The notes: a model not told the origin generated them from the letters alone. Shown: positions 37,708 through 51,638, counted from the stretch's first letter. The stretch is DNA of 61,138 bases from Octopus bimaculoides (GCF_001194135.2 NC_068992.1:34783121-34844258); one strand, 5' to 3'. Made by a program: numbers and translations.

Positions 37708-38899
37708 TATCTTATTATTTTTACTGGTTTAATTGGTCTTCGTCTTCGCTACTCGTGCCATGCGGACATTTATTGTGGTTTTCATGTCAGGATTTGACTG
37801 CTTTTTTTTCAGCGTGGTGGTATCTCTTGATACCCTGTATTATAATTTTAAATAATTATTACCTTTGATGGTTTTTATTCCCATGCTGACCACTTGATAG
37901 GATCAATATTTTAAATATCGATCTTATCCTTATTNNNNNNNNNNNNNNNNNNNNNNNNNNNNNNNNNNNNNNNNNNNNNNNNNNNNNNNNNNNNNNNNNN
38001 NNNNNNNNNNNNNNNNNNNNNNNNNNNNNNNNNNNNNNNNNNNNNNNNNNNNNNNNNNNNNNNNNNNNNNNNNNNNNNNNNNNNNNNNNNNNNNNNNNNN
38101 NNNNNNNNNNNNNNNNNNNNNNNNNNNNNNNNNNNNNNNNNNNNNNNNNNNNNNNNNNNNNNNNNNNNNNNNNNNNNNNNNNNNNNNNNNNNNNNNNNNN
38201 NNNNNNNNNNNNNNNNNNNNNNNNNNNNNNNNNNNNNNNNNNNNNNNNNNNNNNNNNNNNNNNNNNNNNNNNNNNNNNNNNNNNNNNNNNNNNNNNNNNN
38301 NNNNNNNNNNNNNNNNNNNNNNNNNNNNNNNNNNNNNNNNNNNNNNNNNNNNNNNNNNNNNNNNNNNNNNNNNNNNNNNNNNNNNCTACACATGGAAATG
38401 TAAGGGGAAAGTAAGAAGAAAAATAGGCTAAAATGCACATTGGTAATCAAAAAAAATAATGGCTTTTTATGAAAAGTACCGATAGATACATACAATTAGA
38501 TGAACTGAGGTAGGGATAAAAGTAATAAAAGTCATTGTTGTGAATTGTTAAAGAGATTCAAAAAACATACCGGTTTCGTAAAGTTACTAATCATTGCTTT
38601 GAATGCACACCGATTACTGAACAGTATCAGATCTACTAGTCCCAGAGTAAAAAGATTATGTGTAAGAGAGGTAAGTAGTTCTGGATTTGGTGCAATTAGG
38701 GTAGATATAGATCTGTAATGTGAATGGTGTATATGGATGTATGGGGGTTAATGGTATTAATTGAAAGGTTAGTAGTGTTCTGTATTATGTTATGTGTTCA
38801 TATTTAGTTATAGAAGATATTTATTGATGAAAGTTGCCTCTTTATTGATTCTTTGTTGTATTTAAGTGTTCTGTGAGCATTGAGAGAATTGAAAAATTA

Positions 38900-39170
38900 G
38901 GAAATTAGGATTAAGATTCCTCACACACCTTTCTATGTGTCCACTGTAGGGTAATTCTATTTTGTCTTTTTTTATGAAAGGCATACTACCACACTTTTTA
39001 ATCCCAAATTCTATCCTGATATCCTTACTGAATATCTGTACTGTTGAAACCAAACCATCTATTCCATACTTCTTCTTCCCAAAGATCTTAAGTATAACAA
39101 GTGATTTAATTTTTTTCCAGTTTTCAAGGTATATCCTAATGTCACTTTCTGCAGTGTCTGTGTGCGGGAT
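38900..39170 (-). pseudogene. R4/Dong-like non-LTR RT fragment
   Basis: KLNHLLY-LKIFGK..IDGLVSTVQIFSKDIRIEFGIKKCG resembles SHLLFMDDLKL..TVRIFSKDIGMEFG..KC; the DD motif is deleted. Confidence 0.55.
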
Positions 39171-39214
39171 TTTGTATAAATCACAAACAGCAACAGGTGA
39201 TAGACTTATTATTA

Positions 39215-39420
39215 TTAAGGTGGTGAGCTGGCAGAATCAGTAACATGCTGGACAAAATGTTTAGCAGTATTTCACCTGTTGCTATGTTCTAAGTTCAACT
39301 TTGCCTTTCGTCCTTTCAGAGCTGATTAAGTAAGTACCAGTTGCTCACAGGGGTCAATGTAATCGACTTAATCACTTACCCCAAAATTGAGGTCTTGTGC
39401 TTCCAATAGAAATAATAATT
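39215..39420 (+). mobile_element. SINE family B copy 1 of cluster
   Basis: aaggtggtgagctggcagaatc...gtcaatgtaatcgactt. Confidence 0.85.
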
Positions 39421-39814
39421 ATTAGTATTATTGTTGTTGTTTTTTCTTTCTTCAAATTTTCTTCCATTTCTTGCCGAGTGTTTTTCGTACACCTAGAGCA
39501 GAGAAGCTCATTGTATGCATTCCCAGTTTACACACACAAATTCACAGGTAAAATATGTATTTAAAAATGTTAATAAATAAATTCATAAATGAATGCTGTT
39601 TTCACATCGATAATGCTCTTCTCAGTACATGAGTTGTTCCAGTTAACATGATTTTTGGTACTTCCAGTAGGGATGGTAAGCCTGGTATCATTTTCAAATA
39701 GGTTTCAGTACCTTTTTTTTTATCATTCCTAGAGATCCTACAATCAGTGATACGGTAGTCGCCTTGAGATGCCACATTTATTCAATTTCTATTAGCAAGT
39801 CTTTATATTTACTG

Positions 39815-39849
<35 letters not shown>

Positions 39850-39852
<3 letters not shown>

Positions 39853-40045
39853 AGTGGTGAGCTGACAGAATTGTTAGCATGCTGGATGAAATGCTTAGCA
39901 GTATTTCACCTGTTGCTATGTTCTGAGTTCAAATTCTGCCAAGGTCAACTTTGCCTTTCATTCTTTCAAGGTCGATAAATTAAGAAACAGTGAATTGACT
40001 AGCCCCCTTGCCCCAAATTTCAAGCCTTGTTTCTCTGTAAGGATT
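39850..40045 (+). mobile_element. SINE family B copy 2 of cluster
   Basis: aaagtggtgagctgacagaattgttagc..., preceded by (att)n 39816-39850. Confidence 0.85.
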
Positions 40046-40067
40046 ATCATTATTATTATTATTATTA

Positions 40068-40285
40068 AAGCAGTGAGCTGGCCGAATCGTTAGCATGCTG
40101 GACAAAATGGTTAGTAGCATTTCATCTGTTTTTATGTTCTGAATTCAAATTCTGCCAAGGTCAACTTTGCTTTTTATCCTTATGAGTTGATAAAATAAGT
40201 ACCAGTTGAGCACTGGGGGTTGATGTAATCGATTAGCCCCTCCCCCAAAATTTCAGGCCTTATGCCTATAGTAAAAGGTATTATT
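40068..40285 (+). mobile_element. SINE family B copy 3 of cluster
   Basis: aaagcagtgagctggccgaatcgttagc...tttcaggccttatgcctatagta. Confidence 0.85.
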
Positions 40286-43200
40286 TTTGTTGTTATTAAC
40301 TGATTAATTAATTTATTAATTAATCCTTTGCTCAGTTTAATATAAGTAGGTGCCTCTGTTGCATTTAGCATAGATTACTTTCTTGCAAGTCAGGTGATTG
40401 GTTTAAGAATAACTTCCTTCTTTCCTCCCGCCAGTCTCAAAAGCCACATAAAGGCTTATGAGTGCTGCCTTTCTTTCTCTGAAAAACATTAGCCAAAAAA
40501 TATCAAGTAAGTTCACTGAAATGGTATAGCAATTGGCTGTCATTTCCCTTCTTCATTTCATTCTTCTTTACATGTTTGGAGTCACAAAATTTATCTACTT
40601 ATAGGATGTGTCCATTACTCTCTCAACTTCTATTTGAAGGTGAAAAACTATTTGGTTGATTGCTTTTCAAAGTATGCAAAATCCAAATCTAATAGGATTT
40701 CATTCATACTTTATAGCTTTTTGAAGATGATGCTGTCATTTATTTATTTGGAGTCAAGAAAATAAGTATTAGTAATCTACTGTAGCTAATTCTGTTAAAA
40801 TAGTCTTTAGCCATTAAGATAGTTGAGCTTTTCATCTAGCTGAGTGAAAAACAAAAACAAAAGACACTATAATGGTATAATGTCAAAATAAACTGTCACC
40901 AAATTTATTTTTGGCAACAGAATTTTTTATTGGTGGCTGAGTAATAGAATGGCAGAGACCATGTGCTACTATGTTCCAACTATAGATCCAATTAATATGA
41001 GTGGTCCTCTGTTAATACAACAGAACTGGAACTATATCAGACTAAATACACTATCCTACTTAGTTATTTCCTTTTAACTTCAGATTTTGAATCCTGATGA
41101 ATTTGACTTATACGTTTCTACTGCTACTCAAGTATGAAAGTCTACCAAATACTGTAGTCATCTGCCCAATTCTTTTAATCATATTATTGTATCATCATCA
41201 GCAGCAGTTGTAGTTGTTGTAATTATCATTATAGTAATGGTGGTGATAGTAGGACTAGTAGTGTATCCAGTGAAAAACATATTAGCAAAATGATAAAATG
41301 AATGAAATTGATAAGAATTGTAAAACAAAAAGGAAATAATAAAAACGAAACAAAAATGGAATTGATTGAAACTGAATGTTTAATCAATTGATAAGCTAAG
41401 TTATACATTGGGACTTGGCTAACTGCCTCAGATTATATAGATTAAAACTAAAAGACTACAAGAAAGAAAGCATATAAATAAGGAAATGTGCATCTTTTAA
41501 AAATGTTAATCGCTTTATAGTAAAATCTAATTCTATTAAGCAAAAATATCTGCATCAGATGTATGAAAGAGCTACAAAGGCAACAAACTGAGCTTTCAAA
41601 TGTTATATTCTGGTAAAGATGTAAAGGAGGTAGGGAAAAATATGATCCAAAGAAATTGATCCCATTTAACTATATTCTGAAAGCTGTCATGATAGGATTA
41701 TGCATGAAGATATTCAAAAATGTTGACACATGTATGATATAATAAAAGCTGCAGTTTGTCGATGTAACAATAGTAAATTAGTCTGACTTTTATAGACTGA
41801 CACAAGGTTATACAATAGTTTAGCATAAGGGATGTCATTCGAATTACATGCAGTTGAAGTCATTAACAGCATTTTGCTCATTCACAATAATATAAATTGT
41901 GACACTTAATGCAAACTACTGCATTTCCAAATTTTATTTTCAGTTCAGCCAGCTGCATATAAAGAGATATGGACGTGTAGTATTATATCTTTCTCAGAAG
42001 CATTAGCATTATAAATGAAATGATTTAAACTGGAATACAGAACTAATTGCAGATTTGTCTGTTTAAAACCTACTTCAACGCTTGTTCATAACATGAACGA
42101 TTATGCATACAGATTGAACAAAATTTCATTTCAAGCCAATTTGAATTTAACATACAATTTCATTCTATATTTAGTCAGATAAATAGGAGGGGCATTGTCT
42201 ACAGTTATTCCAGGCCCTACTTAGCTTCAAGAGGAATGGGCAAAGTTAATAATCAGTTTAAGATTTTGTAAGTTAGTGGCCAGAATGAGAATATAAGAAA
42301 GCATAGAATTCCAGAGAGATGTTGGAAACAAGGACAGTCAGTCATTGTGTTTAGTGAAGAGTCAAGGATCGAGATGCAATACATGCAAGAAGATGATGTG
42401 AAATGCGTGCAACAAGTGGTTTTAGATAGAGGTGCTTGATATGTTAAAGTGTTAAGATGTACAGGGTTTTTCAATATCTCAGCTGTCTTAATACATCAGT
42501 TAGTCTAAAACATATGCAAAATTGATAAATTATATGTGAAATATAAATTTAAAAACGGAAATGAATTGAACATTTGAAAATATGTACAATGTAGCAAATT
42601 CAATAGAAAATATATGGAATACATCACCATTCGGAAATATAAAGAGAATAAAAGTACTTAATACATGCAATTAATGATTTATTCCAAATGAATGTGAAAT
42701 TTCCATGCAAGTGCAATTGTTCAAGTTTCTGTGAGTTAATTCTGAAAAGCAAGATGGTGGACTTATAATTTGTGAGAAAAGAAGGAACAACATAAAAAAA
42801 TAATAAAATATGTAGAAGTACGCATATGCAAAGTATACGAAATCTGAAGCAAAATATACTAATATATACAGGACAGGATGACTACTTGAAAAGAGTTTTA
42901 AATATAAAGGGAGATATGAGCAAGGTGGAATATCTTACAACCAGGATTTACTTGGAAGGAGAAAAAACCGTATATGCAAATAGGATTGTAAACATATGAA
43001 AATAATCAGTCCTCAACTAAGCCTACTGTGGTAAGGAACACTTTCTGATGGACTCATACTGTGCACGCTCAACAAAACGAATTTGTAGTCTTTTGAATAC
43101 AAATGAAGCAAATGCCACAAACAGGACATGAGTTTGCTGTTATTTAATGAGGGGTGTAAAATAAATATACATGGAGATATCTTCTATACACACACACATT

Positions 43201-43339
43201 TATATGCATATATATATATATATATTTTATATCCTGGTGTTGGATAAATAATTTAACGAAGCAGAGGGAAAGAAAGTGGCACTGTCATGGTATTAGCTGT
43301 CAGAAGTGAAAGTAGAAAAATCTGACAAGGAACGTTACT

Positions 43340-45470
43340 GCTGGTTTGAGTTGATTCTTTGGCTACTGACAGAACAAATATATTTATTAAATTCTTACAG
43401 AAACCTGTTTTAATCAAGTGGAGTAAATCTTTTTTCAATTCACACAAGAATCAACCCTGAAAGTTTTTTCTCTTCTATATTTCGTTGGTAAGCTTTACTC
43501 TTTAGCATTTAAACTGGTCATATCCAGCCAAAATATTCCACCTGTTTTACATTCAAACTGGCCAGATTGAGGCTCCCACACCTATCCTACAATGTTATTT
43601 TAAGAATAAACAATCACATGATCAAAATCTCAAAAATACAAGATAATCATGACTAATTTAAAACAATGTGAATAAGTGAGCATTACATTTGATAGAATAA
43701 TCTGAATGCTAAAGAGTTAATTCTCTTCAATGCAGAAAAGATTGCACTACAGCGGCAGATGTAGGCAGAATTGTCATAATAAGATTGTAAAATTTGAAGA
43801 GTTTTGGCATAACTTCTGTGAGATCATTGGTGTAAATGTAATGCATTAAAGTACAAACATTCCGCATTTTAAAATCTTGCATAGAATACACAATATTTAG
43901 TTCACTCTGTAATCGAATCATATCAAAAAACTACCAAAAGTGGATTTTTAAAGAATTTGAAATAACCACTGAAAATTTTTTGCAATATTCCTTATCTTCA
44001 CTAAAATTGAAAATTTCATGAATTTAATTTTGATTGCTGCATTGATTCCATATTTTCCCCCTAACACATCATAAAATATTGAGTTTATTTTTGAGCATAG
44101 CTCCAATTTTTATTTTTTTTCTCTTACAATACACTATGTCGCGACTTTTAGTCTGAAGAATGTTTAAGTAAGAAATCAGTGAAAGAAAATATGTCACTAA
44201 ATACTTTTAACAGAAATAAGAAATTGGGAGATTCTAAATTATGTAAGAATCCAATAGCAGAATTTATTGTGGTCTCATCCCATGCTTCAGGATTTTCAAT
44301 GATGTCTTCAAAAAGGCTGATTATGAAATGACAATTTTCTTCTGAAATAATAATAAGACATAAGGAGCACTTCTATCTGGTTGCTGTAGCTTTGGGAAAT
44401 CTTTTATATAACTATGTTGACTAATGCATGCACCCTTTTGCGTGATTTCATAAAAAAATTACCCGGTCCATTTATTGTAGAAGAGAATATATTGCATTCC
44501 TTTGTAGCTGAGCATGCTTATGAAAAAACTAAATTCAGGACATGAGCACAACAACGAACAGAGATCACACATTCATATTCCATTCTTAACTTTGACTGCA
44601 ACCCATTCAATTGTCCTGAAATTGTAGTGGCACCATCATAAGTTTATGCAATTATTTTTTTTTTTTTCACACTTCCTTGTTCCAATGCATTAAAAAACTT
44701 ATTTAGATAAACCCTTTGCTGAACGATCTGTATTAACATTATTAAAACCAATAAATCAATCTTTAGTAACACAATCTTTTGTAACATAATGGAAAACAGT
44801 TGTCAGTTGTAAACAGTTAGATACATCAAATGTTTCATCTACAAGAATAGCTACAAATTTAACCTGCTTTAGTTCATTTTGAACTGCATTGATCAAGTAA
44901 TTTTGAATTCTGTTTGAGAGACTCGAGAAAACAGAAACTATATCAAGAGGGCTTGCCAATTTTTTTGTCATATTTACTGATTAAATATAATAGTTCTTTA
45001 TAATTTCCATGATTATTGGGCTCTTTGATTCAAAATGACTCCAAAATGATAATTCCTGGTGACCAAGAAAAATAATTGCATCAATCAATTGCTGTGGAAT
45101 GGATCTGTTGCATCTAAATTCTTCATTATACTGTTGTATTCTCTGTTTTTATATGGATCTAATTGTAAGTCTATGCAAACATTCACAAATGTTTTAAGAT
45201 CTATCAAAGATTTTATATGCCTTTGAGAATGTTCATGTTTTAGCATAACCATATGTAGATTATTTAAATCATCGCAACCTTTATCACTCCAAACAGGGTT
45301 TTTTTAAACAAAATTACAAGCATGGCCTGCAGAATAATTTAGCACTTCCAGTTAACCATTTTTTTTTTCTTTCATGTAGATTGATCTGAAATTGTTGAAT
45401 ACATTTCTTGTTGTAACTTCACAAATTAGGTAATTTCAACATTGGCCTGCTACCATTTATAATTATTTGT
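43340..45470 (-). mobile_element. Decayed hAT transposase (ZMYM1/Tip100-like type)
   Basis: SNRIQNYLI..FVAILVDETFDVSNCLQL..FHYV (44756-44971); TILPTSAAVVQSFSALKRI.AYQRN..LSGL (43440-43800). Confidence 0.75.
43498..43716. mobile_element. piggyBac-like MITE nested in the hAT relic
   Basis: Perfect 12-bp TIRs ctctttagcatt / aatgctaaagag with flanks tta / ttaa; removing it restores ALKRIKAYQR. Confidence 0.75.
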
Positions 45471-46609
45471 CTCCTTTTTTTTTTTTTTGAAAAAACTATT
45501 TTTCAAAAGTGGTTGTCTTATAGGAAGCTATATATATTGTGGTAGAGACAGAATGAAAGAGATTTACTGCTCAGCACGAGATAATCATTTCTAAGCATAT
45601 CCATCTTTTGTCTTCAGTGGAGAAATTTTTCTTCAAAGAGTGAAAAGATAAAGAAGAGCATACATCTTATTGCATCTAATTCTTTTATTATTATTCTTTA
45701 TCATTATCATAGTAGCCATGTATGATATCATTTCAATCTCATTTGGAATCTTTTTACAAAAGTTCTATAACACGCATTTGAGTCATTTGGACTAATATTT
45801 CAAAAGTTCAAATGATATTTTATAAAAGAAATGTGTGTATGGAGGTGTGGTGTGGATGTATGTGTGTATGTGTGTGTATGTGTACGTGCGTGCATGCATG
45901 AGTGTGTATGTGTGTGAGTGTGCAAATTGAGAGTCAATTTGAATAAAACAGAAGATAATCTTAATAAAGCAGCAAAGTAACAACAGGTTCCCAATCAAAA
46001 GCGAAAATTTCCAACCTATGTGGGACAGATATTCCAAAAGTCCAGCAATGTGTCAATGAACATTAAAAATCAAGGAGAATGTGATTTTGTTCCACTGGAA
46101 AAATTTGGTTCTAGCAGTCTGAATGACAAAAATGATTTGACTGACAAAGAATTTTGAAAGGGCTGGAATTGTTTCTCTTTTTAAATTTAGTGCTTTTTGA
46201 TTGAGGTCAAATGGTCAAGTCTTTTCAACTATGTAGTCAGTCTCTAGTTACATTAATTACAAAAAACTGGCTGAGCATAGAGAGATGTATTGACAGATAG
46301 AGAAAAGATACCAAAGACAGAATCTTAATGAATTTTTAGGATTGCATGACTATGAAGCTATTTTTAATGGGTCGGAAATGCGTTCAGAACAGAGTTGTCT
46401 TCAATGATCAAAGTAATGTTATATTTATATTGTATCTAATGGTCTTCTTTGAAACATATTAACTACTTAGTTTCATTTTCAATGATTTTGACAACTTTTC
46501 AACATAGTTACAAATAAATTTATTTTTGACTTAAATAAAAAATAAACAGCCATGCAATGCAAGACTTGCATAGCTGGAGCACATGCCACTGATATATATT
46601 TATATGTGT

Positions 46610-46705
46610 AATTGACCTCTTTCAGTTTCCATCTTCCAAATCTACTCACAAGACTTTGGTTGACCTGAGGTAGGTGGCTGGGAAGCTGACTTCTTACCAC
46701 AGTCA
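46610..46705 (-). mobile_element. SINE family A fragment
   Basis: tctttcagtttccatcttccaaatctactcacaagactttggttgacctgagg. Confidence 0.65.
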
Positions 46706-48069
46706 TACCTGCACTATGTTTTGTATCACAATTCTCCTTCATTATTTTCATGTTCATAGTTAAAATTGGACACATCATGAGTACAGTGTATCTGTGCTGT
46801 ATCTTTATTTCTAACTGATGTGTAGAAATTGAACCCCAACCACAAAGTTATCAGTTCATGGTCATGAGTAAGCTACAACGGGGACAACCTTAAAATTGAC
46901 CAATCAACTCGAACCTATGCTATGAACAGCATCTTAAATGTACTTGAGACTTGCACAATTTTCCCCTAGTTAAGCAATTTGGTACCTAAGTTATGGTAGA
47001 ACACTGTTGGCATTCAAGCAAAAAGGATCTCAGCTCTCACCCAACAGGCCTTAACAATTTGTGGTGGACTTGTAGCTTTTATTTTTCGCTTTTCCAGATA
47101 ACTAATGGCTACACGAATGCAGTTAAATCAATTCCTACATACTAGTAATACATATTGATAACCAGTGAAACTGTAACAAATTATGTACCATATATGCATA
47201 ATTTTCTATCAATAAACTCGTTAAGTGTTTGCAAGTTTGTTTATGTTGTACTACATGAAGTCAGCCTAATCTTACTTTCAACTTTCAATTAATTAAAACA
47301 CAGCATCAATCTTTCTCACGACAATTCCACCCAGCAAAAATGGTGACTTAACATAGAAAGGCCTACAATCACAATCCACATGACAATGGTTTCAGGCAAA
47401 CACAATAATAGCAGCTCACAACAGATTCAATGCAGCTTGAGTGTTTAAATACCAAAATTTATAACAGACAAAAACACAGCACTACCCTCCATACAAACAA
47501 CAATCCCCACTGAAATTGTTTTCTTCTTTTTCATGGCTGAATTATGAGGCTACTGTTTTCTTTATTGCATTCTAATTTTTAATAACTTCAATGTGGCTTA
47601 AAGCCATAAAAATACAGTAATCATGGAAATATATAATGGCAACAGACATAAAAATGAATTGGTTAGCTTTATTTTATGCTTGCAGAACCTGGAGTAGAAA
47701 TTTAATTAAGCTTCAATTTATAATTACATTTTATACATTTCAAACAGAAACCTTCATTAAATCCTGCAAAATTGCACAGATCATCATCTGTAGTGAATAA
47801 AGCCTTATAACCACCAAAATGTATGATACTTTCATAAGGATTATTTACATCTTTGCTATCCATAGTTAGAAGAAAACAAATCCTCATCCATGTTGTCATC
47901 CAATAGATAATTATCTTCTGCACCATCCTATGTATTTGTAATTTTAGTTTTAATTGATTTGACAATAGCATCAGCTTTGATTCCATTCCATGAATCAATG
48001 ATCCATTCACAGATCAAATGCAGTGTACTTCGCATATTGCCTTATACATCTAGTTATAGCATCTAATTC

Positions 48070-49500
48070 TCATCATGTCATTAAATAACTTCCAGTACCC
48101 AAGTTCAATAAACCATTAACAATCAAAATGGATGTCTCAGAATCTGCACTTGATTCCACTCAGTCCAGCCAGAATCAAAGACCTGTAGCATTTCTCTCTT
48201 AGGCTTTGTCAGCATCAAAAAGAAAACAGTCCCTTATTGAATCAGAGACTGAAGCCATCATGGAGGCCACTCAACAATATAGTGCCATATACCATCATTA
48301 CAGATCAACAGTCAGCGTCATGTCTATTCTCAACAGAGCATTGGTTGCAAATTAAAAGCAATAAGCTTTCTCAATGGTGACTACAATCAACTGAGTCTAA
48401 AATTGACATAAGTTACCACCCGGGCTTACAAAACACCATTGTTGATTCAGTGTTATGATGCAATGCAGAGTAAGACCTGACTTACATCAGAAATGTACAC
48501 AACCGATTGCGTCATCCTGGCTCTATATGATCATGTGATGACTGTCGAAGCCACAATCTCACATTCTCCTTGTCGGAGATCCACTCCATAGCTGACAACT
48601 GTGCTGCTTGCAAGGAAATTAAGCCTAGATTTCATAAACCACCACATGGTCATCTTATCTATGTAACTCACCCATAGGAACATCCCTGCAAACTTACCTA
48701 ATTTGTATGTTTTAAGTCATAATAGATGAATACTCAAGGTATCCTTTCACCTTCGCCTGCAAGGGTATATCATCAGACACAGTGATAGATCATCTGCTAT
48801 TGCTATTTGCCATGTTCGGGTCACCCTTTTGTCAACTCAGATTGTGCGACACAATTTGAATGTAAAAAATGTAAAGAGTTTCTGAGAAGAAATGGCATAA
48901 ATAGGATGTGTACATACAACAGCATACTTACTCCAAAGCAACGGCTAGTGTGAACAAACTAACAAGACTACAAGCTATTAAAATTGGTTCTTTAAAATTT
49001 CAGTTGGGACTCAAAGCATTGCAAAGTTGATTTACCTATTGCATTTTCTTTTCTTTGGTGTTTGCTTTGTATAGCTACAAACCAGACTCCTCATGAATGA
49101 TTCTTGAGCTTTCCAAGACAAACTATCATTGGTCGAGCGTTTTATACAACAAAAGAAGAGTACTGCTTTTCGTCATTGTCACATTCTGAGGAAAGAAAAA
49201 AAGTTTGGGTTGAGAAGGTAACTCTCAAAGAATCTATCTCACCTCAATTTGCTGGAGTGGAGTTCAGTGACGGCCACACAGACACAGTCTCATCCCAGCA
49301 TCTAGTGCCATTTATAAAGGGTCTGGGTCCAGAATTCTTAGCATCATTGCTTCCCAGTCATCACTTCCAGCTATGAAGAATTGGACTGACAAAAAAACAG
49401 TCAACGATGCATGTCAGAGAACCTACTGGACTGTAATGGAAGCAGACCATGAATTGCAAGTGGAACAAAAGGACGTCATCAACCAGCCTTAGCTGAAACC
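48070..49500 (+). pseudogene. Ty3/Gypsy pol relic (RNase H, integrase, integrase C-terminus), interrupted at ~48850-49070
   Basis: NKPLTIKMDVSES..RPVAFLS.ALS, YTIITDQQS, ISYHPGLQN, HPG, CAACKEIKPRFHKP, IIDEYSRYPFTF, TPHE.FLSFPR, VEKVTL..PQFAGVEFSDGHTDTVSSQHLVP. Confidence 0.8.
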
Positions 49501-50615
49501 AGTGCTACTAATGGCAACTTAGAACCTCCCAGGCAGACAGACAAATATGCAAAACCAAATATTTATGGGGCTGAAGCATGGACGAGCAGATCTTTTTGCT
49601 GGTGGAAAAAACTGCCATATGTTTGTTTTACTACCATCATGAGATTCCCTTGAGAAACAATATAACAATGTTAATGGTTGAATAAAAGCTCAGGTTATTG
49701 CAATCTATTGGGATGTCCAAGAGTTAACAATCAGTTATATTCCATTCTAATGATTCATTCCTCATAGTCTTCTGTAAAATTTGAAACAGAAAACTCAAAG
49801 TAACAAATTATAAAGTTTTCAGTTTCCAATAAAACATTTAACTCTACTTGCAATTTTGAATCTCTTTTCTTCCTCTTGTTCACTCTTAAATGTTTACATA
49901 TATTAACTCACATACACGTGTGTGTAATACACATATGCACGCACGTGTGTGTGTGCTTGTGCATGCAATGGATGTGTTTATATGCGTGTGTAAACATTAG
50001 TAAATGACTGAGAATAAAGAAAATCCTAAAAGACAAATCTATTTACATAAAAGCCATGCAATTTGAGAGAAACAATCAAAAGGCAATGTTCCTCGCTTGA
50101 GATATTTTCTAGAACTTTCCTGTTTAGTGATCATAGGAAATATAAACAAACAATTAGATATAAAGATATAAAGGAAAAAAATACATTGAAAAATGAAAAA
50201 GTAAACTCAGAAAAACATAAGAATAACAAGTCAGAAATAAAAAATTATTGAAAAATAAAGCATTAAATTTAAAATTTAAAATCAAATTTTAAGAGTCATA
50301 GCTCTGTTTATCCAAAAATGTTAACCCTGACTTGATATATATTTGGTTGTAGTCATTTTTTAGCCTCAGGTTCACTCTAATCCACTTGATTTATATTGTA
50401 AGTCATTCCAATCATAACCATCTCACCATTTTATTAAAAAACAGTGGATCTAGAATTTCAGTTCTTTTGATTTCTTTTTTTCTAAAAAGTGATCAACTAT
50501 GGCAAATGTAATTTATATATTGCCATTTCATATTTTTGTGAAGGTGTGCATTGCAAGATTTTAGAGGTTTCTTCTTATAAAGGTGAGTGTGAAATATTCA
50601 TGTAGTTTATTTCTA

Positions 50616-51290
50616 GGATCTTTCTGATTTGGCAGGCGCCATTTTTTATTTATGTTTTATCTAGTGTGTTTTCTATCGAAACACTCTAAAACTTCGTATA
50701 CTTGTATATTTTGTCTTATAGAACAGAGAAAAATTTTTATATTCGAAGTTATTTCATGTTAAAAGTTGTCATATTTCGGTAATTTCAACCAATCACTGAC
50801 GTCTATTGAGGTGAAAACAGTTATTGTTGTGGAATGTAAACAATACGTTCTAGCGGAGTAATGGGATCTTTTCCATTGAATAAAATTAGTGCCATTGTTT
50901 GTCAACAACAACTATCGGCAGTACTGTTATTTATGACATCGTTCGTGCGTTTGTACTGGTTTTAGCTAAAGGATTTTAGGGTTGGAGTTTGGGTGTTAGG
51001 GTTCGGGGTTTAGGGTTAGCGTTAGGGTTCGGGTTTTAGAGTTAGGGTTAGGGTTAGGCTTAGGGTTAGCTAAAACACAGTAGTAATTGTTTTCACTTCA
51101 ATAAACATCAGTGATTGGTTGAAATTACTGAAATATGACAATTTTAACACAAAATAACTTTAAAAAGATAAAATTTTCTCAATAATACTAAGAGCTAAAG
51201 ATGTTTTATATGACACATTCTACCAGTGTCCCAAGTTTGAAAGTGTTTCGTTTAGAAAACAAGTGGCACCCACCAAATCAGAAAGATCTC
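50616..51290. mobile_element. MITE with long (~200 bp) imperfect TIRs and a central (TTAGGG)n-like array
   Basis: ggatctttctgatttggcaggcgcca vs tggcacccaccaaatcagaaagatctc; arms continue to about 50830 and 51085; array 50976-51069. Confidence 0.85.
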
Positions 51291-51638
51291 ATTTCTATAT
51301 ATCTCTGTCTTGCAATCTTTTACTGGGATGATCATAAAGATATCAAAAAAATTTCGTAATTAATTTCCTTTGAAGTCATATATAAATAAATAAGGAGCAA
51401 TTGACATTGAGTAAGTCCCTTATCATCATAATGTCATGTTATTACAGAGGAGGTTAGGCATTATTTCAACTTTTTTGTAGGCCATCCTTATTGCCATTTT
51501 TGGAAGTTTTCTGTGTGATTTAATATCAATTTCTTTGTATTTCCTTGATCCAAAATACCATGTTTTATATATGGCAGAACATTATAAACATACAAGGTTA
51601 TCAACCTTATGCACTGAAAGTAATTGACCATATGCATA

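Noticed and set aside
39200-40290. CRISPR-like repeat-spacer array
   Set aside because: Repeats are ~200-bp diverged SINEs in eukaryotic DNA; no cas genes
40435-40506. Plus-strand exon with very strong acceptor and gtaagt donor
   Set aside because: Stops in all three frames; could only be non-coding, with no supporting evidence
42270-42470. Tc1-like VIVFSEESRI motif
   Set aside because: Single short motif with no further transposase or TIR support
47702-48010. Acidic pogo/Tigger-like C-terminus (LFTTDDDLCNFAGF)
   Set aside because: Only a weak motif; no DDE core or matching TIR orientation
50976-51069. Chromosome end or fusion scar
   Set aside because: Short, degenerate, single orientation and enclosed in MITE TIRs
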